A DNA stretch of 37,294 nt from Dokdonella sp. (lineage in GTDB: Bacteria > Pseudomonadota > Gammaproteobacteria > Xanthomonadales > Rhodanobacteraceae), in contig DASWPR010000507.1 in the NCBI GenBank assembly GCA_036398455.1, positions 1-37,294 of the forward strand. The letters run 5' to 3'. Of the stretch, positions 28,126 through 36,112 are shown piece by piece. Each line of letters opens with the position of its first letter. The first letter of the stretch is position 1. Under the pieces are notes generated by a model. The model searched no databases, had not been told where the DNA came from, and saw only the letters and a program-made list of their open reading frames with translations. A program made the position numbers and the translations under genes.

Positions 28126-28180
28126 TCATCCGGCTTGAATTCCGCCCCCCCCACCTCCGCACCACGATCCAGGCAAGCGC

Positions 28181-28987
28181 ATGAAGATCAGCAAGAAGAT
28201 CAAGGGCTACAGCGTCGTCAAACCCGAAGAGACCGTGAAGGTCGTGCCGCCCGAGGACGCGCCCAGCAGCGCGCCGGCGGTTTCGATCGCCGAAATCATC
28301 CAGATGCACGAGAAGGTGGAGCGCCCGGAGACGCTGATCGGCGCCACCTACAAGATCAAGTCGCCCCTGTTCGAGCACGCGCTGTACGTCACGATCAACG
28401 ACATCGTGCTGAACGCCGGCACGGTGCATGAGCTGCGCCGCCCGTTCGAGATCTTCATCAACTCGAAGAACATGGACCACTTCCAGTGGATCGTCGCGCT
28501 GACCCGCATCATGAGCGCGGTGTTCCGCAAGGGCGGCGACGTCACGTTCCTGGTGGAGGAACTGAAAGCCGTATTCGACCCGCGCGGCGGCTACTTCAAG
28601 GCCGGCGGCGTCTACATGCCGAGCATCGTCGCCGAACTCGGCAGCGTGATCGAACAGCACCTGAAGATGATCGGCCTGCTGCACGACCCGGACATGTCCA
28701 ACGAGCAGCGCGCCCTGATCGCCGAGAAGCGCGCGATCTACGATTCGCGCCTAAAAAAAAATAGCGGAGTAAGCGAGTCCCCCGAAGATTCGTCATCCTC
28801 GCGAAAGCGGGGATCCATCGCCGCCGACCTGGCCGGCGCCGGCGCCGAAACCGCCGCGATCGAACCGGCTGCCTCTGCCGCGTTCCCGCCTGGCGCGGCC
28901 ATGTGCGCCAAGTGCAATACCAACGCCGTCATCCTGATGGATGGGTGTGCGACGTGTTTGAATTGTGGATATTCGAAGTGCGGGTAG
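28181..28987 (+). CDS. nrdJb: Class II ribonucleotide reductase small subunit NrdJb
   Basis: MHEKVERPETLIGATYKIKSP, LYVTIND, RPFEIFINSK, ALTRIMSAVFRKGG; C-terminal CAKC...DGCATCLNCGYSKCG. Confidence 0.93.
   Translation: MKISKKIKGYSVVKPEETVKVVPPEDAPSSAPAVSIAEIIQMHEKVERPETLIGATYKIKSPLFEHALYVTINDIVLNAGTVHELRRPFEIFINSKNMDHFQWIVALTRIMSAVFRKGGDVTFLVEELKAVFDPRGGYFKAGGVYMPSIVAELGSVIEQHLKMIGLLHDPDMSNEQRALIAEKRAIYDSRLKKNSGVSESPEDSSSSRKRGSIAADLAGAGAETAAIEPAASAAFPPGAAMCAKCNTNAVILMDGCATCLNCGYSKCG
28753..28771 (+). other. A9 slippery run in nrdJb with near-immediate stops in both shifted frames
   Basis: CTA AAA AAA AAT AGC GGA GTA A: one extra A (or -1 shift) gives TAG at 28762-28764; one fewer A gives ATA GCG GAG TAA. 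Confidence 0.65.
28791..28818 (+). repeat. Single REP-like palindrome inserted in frame in the nrdJb linker
   Basis: CGTCATCCTCGCGAAAGCGGGGATCCAT, similar to the 308-385 element; translated as SSSRKRGSI. Confidence 0.75.
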
Positions 28988-29050
28988 TTTGGCTACTTGA
29001 CTGTTGATCAAGGAGCATTGGTTCGAGTCCAACTTAGGGCGCCGATCACA

Positions 29051-29746
29051 TCAAGGCCTGCGGCGATGCAGGCCCAGCACGCCCCGCACCTCGTCCGCCC
29101 AATGTTCCGCTTCGCCGCGGCCGCCGTCCACGTACAACAGAATCGGCTGCGCGCCGGACAGCAGTACGCGGAGCTTGAGCACCGGCTCGCCGTCTTCCGG
29201 AAAGTCGACACCGACCTCGACGCCGGCGACGTCGATGAAGCGATGGTGCACTTCCCGCAGCCCGCGCGCCGGCGAGCGTCCGCTATGGACGATGCGCTGC
29301 TGGCGCGAGTCGAAGAACACGGTTTGCTGGGGCGTAAACAGCCCGTGCTTCAAACAAAATCCGCCGAACCACCAGAACCCCAACATTCCGGCCACCGAAG
29401 CGACAATGCCGCCCGCCTTGGCCGGCGTGGATGGAACGCCGGTCTGGCGGATCAAGTCGACGAAGAAGAACGAACACACGATGGCTGTCACGCCGGCGGT
29501 CACGAACAGGCTGCGCAGCGAGGACGTGCTGCCGCGTTCTTCGTAGAGGAGTCCGTCGTTGGCAGGGGTGAACGGCATGGGCAGATGGCGGCGGTAGGGC
29601 TTGTCCATCATCATCGCAAAGTCGAGGCCAGAATCAGCGGTGGACTTCGCAATGCTCAGATCATCCGTCGTTGTGTTTGCCGGCTTGCTGTTGACCGGCC
29701 GTGGCATTTCCAGGGAGTCCGTCCGGCCGGGCGGAGTGGTTGTCAT
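29051..29746 (-). CDS. Hypothetical membrane protein (two TM segments)
   Basis: LFVTAGVTAIVCSFFFV and GGIVASVAGMLGFWWFGGF hydrophobic stretches. Start uncertain. Confidence 0.55.
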   Translation of the reverse strand: MTTTPPGRTDSLEMPRPVNSKPANTTTDDLSIAKSTADSGLDFAMMMDKPYRRHLPMPFTPANDGLLYEERGSTSSLRSLFVTAGVTAIVCSFFFVDLIRQTGVPSTPAKAGGIVASVAGMLGFWWFGGFCLKHGLFTPQQTVFFDSRQQRIVHSGRSPARGLREVHHRFIDVAGVEVGVDFPEDGEPVLKLRVLLSGAQPILLYVDGGRGEAEHWADEVRGVLGLHRRRP

Positions 29747-29819
29747 CGAGATCGTGTTATCCGGGCCATCACACGAATGAGTACCGACCTCGATTCATCT
29801 ATGCCTTGAAGGCGAACAC

Positions 29820-30683
29820 GTGACGAATTCCGCTTCCGACCCACCACTGCGCAAACTATCCGATCCCGGGGCTGCCCCGCGTAGACCGTGGCTCGCGGTG
29901 CTGCTGGCGATCCTCTGTCTGCCCGCTGGATTCGCCTACGTCGGCCGACTTGCGTGGTACATCGTTGCATGGCTGCTGACGGTCGCTGCGCTGGTGCTGG
30001 CGGGGCGGGCAGGATGGCTGCTGTCGCCGCAGGGGCTTCTGGGCTACATCGCGCTTGCCGTGGGGGTGAAGATCGCCTCGATCGTGTTCGTCTGGATATT
30101 CGCGCGCGCGCAGCGGCGCGAGTATCGGCTGCGCTGGTACAACCGTTGGTATTTTTATCCGTTGCTGGCGGCTGCCGTCGGCGTGTCGACGTTGCTGCTC
30201 GTCGCGAACCGCGAATCGATGCTCGGCTATGCGACGTATCGCATCCCCTCCGGCAGCATGGCGCCGACAGTCGAACCCGGAGATCTCATCGTCGTCGATA
30301 CGCGGCCGCCCACGCTCGCATCGCTGCGTGTCGGCGATATCGTCGTCACCGATTCGATCCGCCGTCCCGGCGAGCGCAATCTGCGCCGCATCGTCGCCCT
30401 GGGCGGCCAGCATGTCGTCATCGACGATGCGCGCCTGCAGGTCGATGGCGTGTTGCAAGCGCATACGCATCAGCAGGGCGCGGACCTGATGGCGCCGAAC
30501 TGGATGCGGTTTGCGGACGTCGAACTCGATGACGATGAGCTTTATCTGATGGGCGACAATCGCGGCAACAGCGTCGACAGCCGCACCGAGGGGCCGTACA
30601 CGCGGTCGCAGGTGCACGGCAAGGCGACGGCCATCTGGTGGTCGTCGGATTCGCGGCGGCTCGGTGCGCTGTTGTCCGATTGA
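29820..30683 (+). CDS. Signal peptidase I family (S26) paralogue with a multi-TM N-terminus
   Basis: IPSGSMAPTVEPGD (catalytic Ser), GDIVV, MGDNRGNSVDSR; box D reads NLRRIV in place of the usual xxKRIV. Confidence 0.85.
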   Translation: MTNSASDPPLRKLSDPGAAPRRPWLAVLLAILCLPAGFAYVGRLAWYIVAWLLTVAALVLAGRAGWLLSPQGLLGYIALAVGVKIASIVFVWIFARAQRREYRLRWYNRWYFYPLLAAAVGVSTLLLVANRESMLGYATYRIPSGSMAPTVEPGDLIVVDTRPPTLASLRVGDIVVTDSIRRPGERNLRRIVALGGQHVVIDDARLQVDGVLQAHTHQQGADLMAPNWMRFADVELDDDELYLMGDNRGNSVDSRTEGPYTRSQVHGKATAIWWSSDSRRLGALLSD

Positions 30684-31085
30684 AGGCCACACCGATCACG
30701 TCAAACGTGCGACGCGCGCGGCCGTCGGCCAGGCTGTCGCGCATGAAGTGCATCGACCAGCACGGACCTGGGCGGATCGGTTGCAACAAGGGGTTGCGGA
30801 CTTGCCGCATCAGGCACCTTCGCCGACGGCCCCGGATCGACGGGCCGTGCTGCCGATACAGCCGTTCGGTCCGCTGGTGATTGATCCAATGCCCTTCGTG
30901 GCGCAGTTGCCGATGCAGCTCCGGACAACCCCACGCCGCACGCGCGTGAGCCAGATCGAGCAGGCGCGCCTCCGCCGCCGGCACGTTGTCGATACGGCCC
31001 CGATGACGCAGCGCTCGCTTACCGACTTCGTCTCCTTCAGCCAGCTCACCGCCCAGTGGCGTTGCGCCGGCGTCACCACCTGCGG
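30684..31085 (-). mobile_element. Degraded IS3-family transposase (OrfB) remnant
   Basis: Fragments in different frames: VTPAQRHWAVSWL...SER, and WG..LHRQLRHEGHWINHQRTERLYR...CWSMHFMRDSLADGRARRTFDVI. Frameshifted, with an altered and truncated DDE core. Confidence 0.8.
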
Positions 31086-31307
31086 GGCAAGGGCCGAGGG
31101 ACTCGCTGACAGTTACCGGCAGCGGACGATTGGGCTCATCCCTTCCAGGCGCCTGTAGAACTCGCTCGGCATCCGAATCGCGGACGTTGAGAGAAGCAGC
31201 GTCCGGCGGTCGCGGCGTTGCCCGTGCCGATGTCCATGCGCGCGCCGAAACGGCGTTACCCAATAGGTCGTCGCATGACGGCAGTTCAAAACTTTCAGGA
31301 GCAATCG

Positions 31308-31496
31308 ATGAAACGAATGATCTTCACCTACATGCGTCCGCTGGTATTCGGCCTTGCGCTGGGCGCAGCGGCTACCACGGCGCAGGCCCTTCCAAGAGGC
31401 GGTGGCGGGACTGGCTGCGCGGGCGGCGACGATCTTGCGGCATGCGCCGGAACGTGGCTTCCGGTGTGGTGGTGTTGCATGGTGTACGGCATGTAA
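31308..31496 (+). CDS. Small secreted cysteine-rich peptide (62 aa)
   Basis: RBS AGGAG, signal peptide ending AQA, predicted 35-aa mature peptide LPRGGGGTGCAGGDDLAACAGTWLPVWWCCMVYGM. Confidence 0.7.
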   Translation: MKRMIFTYMRPLVFGLALGAAATTAQALPRGGGGTGCAGGDDLAACAGTWLPVWWCCMVYGM

Positions 31497-31568
31497 GGCG
31501 CAGGCCCTCGCCGACTATTGGGCGATACGGATGTCGCCATCTGCCGCCGTGAAACGGGAGTCAATACC

Positions 31569-31967
31569 ATGAAGGAAGGCCAGCTCAAGCACCTTGCGCT
31601 GACACTGGCTGTGATCGTATCCGGCGCAGCGATCGGCTGGATCGGTGTCCGAGCGATGGGGGCGATGAATGCGTCGCCATCGGTCGAGGCCGGTGACTAT
31701 TCGAAGATCGTCGATGCGGCCCAACATTCCGCCGTGCTGTTCTCTACCTCGACATGCCCTTACTGCCGCAGGGCGCGCGACCTTCTGGATGCGACCAAGG
31801 CCGACTATCGGGTCTACGAAATCGACACCTCCGAAGAAGCCCATCGCCTATACCAAGCCTTGGGTTTCAGCCGCGTTCCGGTGCTGATCACACGCGATAC
31901 GCGGATCGTGGGTTTCAGTGAGAACCTGTATCGGCTGCGAACGAATCCTGCCCCTGCACGCGAGTAG
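31569..31967 (+). CDS. Membrane-anchored glutaredoxin-like protein
   Basis: RBS GGGAG, N-terminal TM, CPYC active site, cis-Pro motif RVPV, IVGF. Confidence 0.85.
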   Translation: MKEGQLKHLALTLAVIVSGAAIGWIGVRAMGAMNASPSVEAGDYSKIVDAAQHSAVLFSTSTCPYCRRARDLLDATKADYRVYEIDTSEEAHRLYQALGFSRVPVLITRDTRIVGFSENLYRLRTNPAPARE

Positions 31968-31971
31968 CCGT

Positions 31972-32009
31972 CGAGAACGGGGTCCGAGAACGGGGTCAGA
32001 GACACTTTT
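31972..32009. repeat. 13-bp tandem duplication followed by AGAGACACTTTT
   Basis: CGAGAACGGGGTC at 31972-31984 and 31985-31997. Confidence 0.6.
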
Positions 32010-32292
32010 CATCTGCCGCAGGTGATTTTCGACGAAGCATCGGGTGGCGCCGCTACAGTAGCGACTTCGACGCGCGGCGGTCGCGTCAAGACGGTACGTC
32101 GTCGATTTATTTCCCCGCACTGGGTAGAACCCCGCGCGCCCCGCTGAGTGGAACTCCCTATCGCCAACGCGCACTCGAAGCCGGACGCTGCCAGCACATC
32201 GACCCGGTGCGCTGGTGGTCCGACCATGAGGGCCGAGCCACGTGACCCGTGACGCCGTCGCGTCGGTGCGTTATTTCACTGGGGATTGACCG

Positions 32293-33102
32293 ATGAAAAC
32301 CTTGAATCTGATGGCGGCCTTCGCGTTCTGCGTCGTGCCGATGCTGACGACGGCCGCGACGCAGGATCGCCTGTACGACTTCACCGATGCGTATTACCTG
32401 CAGAACGGCATCGACCCTGCCGCCATCGACGGCCGCCGCGAGGCGGTTCTGCCGTTGGCCACCGAGGACCTGCCTTTCTTCAGCTACCAGCGCAACGTGC
32501 GCATGCTGCTGAGCTTGCCGGCCTACGACCACAGCGGCAGTCCGTGGTACTTCACGGTGCTCGGCGGCTTGCGCGGCAATGCTTTTCTCAACAACGCGGC
32601 CGGGCGTCGTACGCGGCAAACTGCCGACAGCAGTCCGGAATACCTGTTCCCGCGGGCAGGAACCGATCCGCAAGGGCTCGGGGCGTTTCGCCAGTCCAGC
32701 GTGCTCGACATGCGCAACGGCTACTTCAGCAACAACAAACTGGGTTTGTGGATCCACACCTGGGTCGCCTTCACGCCGCGCGCGCTGAACACCGCGGATG
32801 GCCGTCGTGCGCTCAGCGACCTCGTCTCGCGCAATGGTCGCGATCTCGACGGCACGCCGATCATCAAGACCGTCAGCGACATCGACAATCTCTACAGCCG
32901 CGGCTACATCACAAAAACGACGCGCGCTTTCGGCGATCCGCTGCGCTACGCAATCTGCCCGGTGGTCAAAGACCCGCGACGCGGCGGCATCGCACCGGAC
33001 CAGTTTCTCGCCTATACGACGCAGCTCGACGGATCGCCACTGGAGCCGCGACTGGTCGCGAACTTCGAAAGCCTGCGCCTGACCGGCGAACCGCTGCACT
33101 GA
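32293..33102 (+). CDS. Secreted hypothetical protein
   Basis: 269 aa, signal-like N-terminus, host-like codon usage, normal composition; no family recognised. Confidence 0.75.
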   Translation: MKTLNLMAAFAFCVVPMLTTAATQDRLYDFTDAYYLQNGIDPAAIDGRREAVLPLATEDLPFFSYQRNVRMLLSLPAYDHSGSPWYFTVLGGLRGNAFLNNAAGRRTRQTADSSPEYLFPRAGTDPQGLGAFRQSSVLDMRNGYFSNNKLGLWIHTWVAFTPRALNTADGRRALSDLVSRNGRDLDGTPIIKTVSDIDNLYSRGYITKTTRAFGDPLRYAICPVVKDPRRGGIAPDQFLAYTTQLDGSPLEPRLVANFESLRLTGEPLH

Positions 33103-33487
33103 GTGGGCGCTACTGCTGCGCAGTACGGGCCAAAGGCGCCGTTCTGCGCAGCTCTCCTGCACTGCGTAGTGCAGGCCGGCGCGGCAGTGAACAATGATCA
33201 CCTTCAATACGCAATCGTAAAGATCGATGGAGTGATCGTCCCGGACGTCAAGCGATTGCGCGCGCACCGAGCAGTGCTTCGACGCATTCGTGGACGCCAC
33301 CTACATCGATGACTCAAAAGCCTACGCACCTGCGGCGAGCGACGGCTACTCGCTGATGCTGGCGCCGCCTCCGGCGGGCCACCATCACCTGTCCGTACGC
33401 GCCAACTACTTGAATCCGCAAAAGGCCTTCGGCGAGATGATCCAGTACTTCGACTACGACATCGACGTGGTCGATCCGGCTATCTGA
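33103..33487 (+). pseudogene. Frameshifted, 5'-truncated gene fragment
   Basis: ...IDGVIVPDVKRLRA continues in another frame as RTEQCFDAFVD...AASDGYSLMLAPPPAGHHHLSVRANY...; adding 2 nt to the GC dinucleotide run near 33260 joins the two frames. Confidence 0.55.
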
Positions 33488-33644
33488 ATGGCCTGTGGCG
33501 GTGTCCGAAGCCCGAATCAGGATGGATTTTCCAGGTGGTCGAGACCTGCTGCGCGCGATCATTGCGCCAGTATCACCGCGGATCACGAAACGTTGCGGAC
33601 TGATGAGGCCGCGCAGGAAAGTCGGCACCGATTCCGATTTACGA

Positions 33645-34811
33645 CTAGATCGCCACCGACTCTGCCAAGTCGCGGCGAGCCGTTCGAAAGCGTCGGCGAT
33701 CCTTGAGCCGCAGCGCGGGCTTCTCGATGAAGAACCACGAAGCCGCTGAGATCGGAAGCAGGAAAATCAGCGTGATCGCGAAAATGTATAGCGGCTCATT
33801 CAGATGCGTCAGCAGCACCACCGTTTGCTGGACGGGCCAGGCCCAGATGTATGCGCCATAAGAAAGGTCCGCCTGATATGGCATGGGCGGCAAGCGGGGC
33901 ACATACGAAAACCAAAAAACGAAGTAGGCGACTGCGAGCCAAGTGAATGGAGTCGCATGCACGCTGTTTCGCGCTGCGAAGCAGGCGGCTGCCAGCAGCA
34001 GCATGAGGCCCGTGGAAACGGGGATATGTCGCCGCAGCAGGCAGGCTATTGCACCGGCGCCGAAGAATCCCTCGATCATCAATACATAGGGTGGCGCGAT
34101 GCCCTGGATCATGGGCCATAGAAGGGTCACGCTGAATAGCGTCGCGATACCGATGCTGGTGAGCCACGGAAACCGGAACAGGCGCAGCACGCCTGCGCCA
34201 GCCACCCACAAATACATGGTGGCTTCGACAACGAGTGACCACAAGGGCGTGTTGACCGCGCCCGGCGCCACGCTCGTCGTGGTCCGGAACAAACCGGGAA
34301 GCTCGTTCACGCCCTTCAGCATCGAGGCGCGATATGCGACATAGAGGTATGGATTGTCGGGTCTGCTGGTCGAGAAATACTCGTGCAGCGGAACGCTGGT
34401 CAGCCATGGACCGAGTACGAAAGCGCAAAGCACGAGGCAGACGATCAATGCGGGCCACAGGCGGAGTGCGCGTGCGCGCAGGAATCGCAATAGCTGAGGG
34501 CGTCTCACGAACGACAGCGAAATCAGAAAGCCGCTGATGGTGAAGAAGATCATCAATCCGATTGGATGAACCCAGGTATGCGGAAGAAAATAGTTGACGG
34601 GGTCGTAGCGAATGCTGCCCGGGCCGCCAATGTTGCTGTGACCAAGAACGACCATCAGGGCCGCCATCAGCCGCAGCTGAAGAATATTGTCCCGTCCGCT
34701 CTCGACGCATGCTTCCAGCGTGCGTCCGGTCATCATCGTGATGATCGCGGTGCGCCAGCGCCGGCGAGACTCATGGACTGCAGGTAGATCCTGCATGGCT
34801 TGGTTTGCCAT
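33645..34811 (-). CDS. Acyltransferase family 3 (OafA-like) membrane protein
   Basis: LRLMAALMVVLGH, FFTISGFLI, RARALRLWP, NTPLWSL..E, DLSYGAYIW, SWFFIEKP. Start uncertain. Confidence 0.9.
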   Translation of the reverse strand: MANQAMQDLPAVHESRRRWRTAIITMMTGRTLEACVESGRDNILQLRLMAALMVVLGHSNIGGPGSIRYDPVNYFLPHTWVHPIGLMIFFTISGFLISLSFVRRPQLLRFLRARALRLWPALIVCLVLCAFVLGPWLTSVPLHEYFSTSRPDNPYLYVAYRASMLKGVNELPGLFRTTTSVAPGAVNTPLWSLVVEATMYLWVAGAGVLRLFRFPWLTSIGIATLFSVTLLWPMIQGIAPPYVLMIEGFFGAGAIACLLRRHIPVSTGLMLLLAAACFAARNSVHATPFTWLAVAYFVFWFSYVPRLPPMPYQADLSYGAYIWAWPVQQTVVLLTHLNEPLYIFAITLIFLLPISAASWFFIEKPALRLKDRRRFRTARRDLAESVAI

Positions 34812-35036
34812 TACGGGGTTCCTTGAGATCCTGGCGGGTGTCTTCTGACTACGCCGAACGCCAGTGCGAGCGCCGGCGCGATGGCCTGTCACGGCCATGC
34901 AACCGCACCCGCCGAGCAGACGGTACTTGGGAATGCGGCGCGACGCTCGTCGGGCGCCACTCGCAGCGTGCGAATCATCGCGCAGGCACCGGTGACAAAG
35001 CCAGCCGCGGTCTGCCCTCGTTTGAAGCCGCGGGTG

Positions 35037-35909
35037 CTACGGGTGCAAGTGCAGCAAGCCAGCCCGCGGCGTCTTCTGGATGAACCCAACCACATCCTCG
35101 AGCGTCGTCGCCAGCGATCGAAAGCGGATGCCCGCCAGAATGCGGAAGTGACCCACGCCGGCGTAGCGCCTGAAGCTGACCGCATCACCTTTGGCGCGCA
35201 GCGCGTCGGCCATCGCCGAGCTGTTGCGCGGTTCGACGATCCGGTCTGCGTCGCCTTGCAGGAGCAGGAACGGCGGCTCGTTGCCGGCCACGAAACGGAT
35301 CGGCTGCGATGCGGGCCATTGCGATGGTGCGCCGAACACTTCGATCAGCTTCGGATCGGTCAGCGGCAGGAAATCGTACGGGCCAGCGACGCCGATCACG
35401 CCGGCGAATGCGTCCGGTCGCAGGGCGTGAGCCGCGAGATACTGCCGGTCGGTCGCCAGCAGCGCGGCGATCTGCGCGCCGGCCGAATGGCCCATCAGGA
35501 AGACGCGACGGCTGTCGCCGCCGAGTTCGGCGGCATGATCGATCGTCCAGCGCGCGGCCTGCGCCGCGTCTTCCTCGAAGCCCGGAAAGCGGCATGCCGG
35601 AAACTTGCAGTAGTCCGCGACGATCGCGAGCACGCCGCGTGACGCCAGCGCGCGCCCGACGAAACCGTACTGCGCACGCTCGCCGGTGCGCCAGCTGCCG
35701 CCGTAGAAGAACAGCACGACCGGCACGGGTGCGTTCGCGCCTGCCGGACGATACACGTCGAGCTGCAGGCCGCGATCGGCCGCGTAGGTGTACGACGCGG
35801 GCGCCATCGCGGCGCTTCCGCTGTCGACCGCCTGGAAGAACGCTGCCTGGCACGCACACAGCAAAGGCAGGCTGGCGAGCGCCAGGAGTGATCTCGGAAT
35901 CTTTCGCAT
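35037..35909 (-). CDS. Alpha/beta hydrolase (carboxylesterase-like), probable lipoprotein
   Basis: LCAC lipobox-like, FYGGSW, GHSAG nucleophile elbow, QGDAD, GVGH. Confidence 0.9.
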   Translation of the reverse strand: MRKIPRSLLALASLPLLCACQAAFFQAVDSGSAAMAPASYTYAADRGLQLDVYRPAGANAPVPVVLFFYGGSWRTGERAQYGFVGRALASRGVLAIVADYCKFPACRFPGFEEDAAQAARWTIDHAAELGGDSRRVFLMGHSAGAQIAALLATDRQYLAAHALRPDAFAGVIGVAGPYDFLPLTDPKLIEVFGAPSQWPASQPIRFVAGNEPPFLLLQGDADRIVEPRNSSAMADALRAKGDAVSFRRYAGVGHFRILAGIRFRSLATTLEDVVGFIQKTPRAGLLHLHP

Positions 35910-36112
35910 GCCGGCCCGTCGTCCTTCGCAAGGTGTCGCTACGAGAACATACGAGGCGAGTGCCGGTTCGGACGCAGAAAGCAGCGCGATCTGGAGCCAT
36001 TGCGTTCATCGTGCCAGGCAAGGCATGTCGGAGTTCGGCGCAAAACCTCGTTATTGGCCTTTAGCGGCAGCAAAGCTTTCGTGATCGTCTTCGCCGAATC
36101 GGAGTTCCAGAC

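Noticed and set aside
26811-28154. Phe/Ala/Leu-rich 'membrane protein' ORFs on the minus strand
   Set aside because: Reverse complement of the AAG/GCC repeats of the histone-like genes.
28134-28156. sigma32-like promoter (CTTGAA...CCCCACCT) before nrdJb
   Set aside because: Spacer is only 9 nt versus the usual 13-14.
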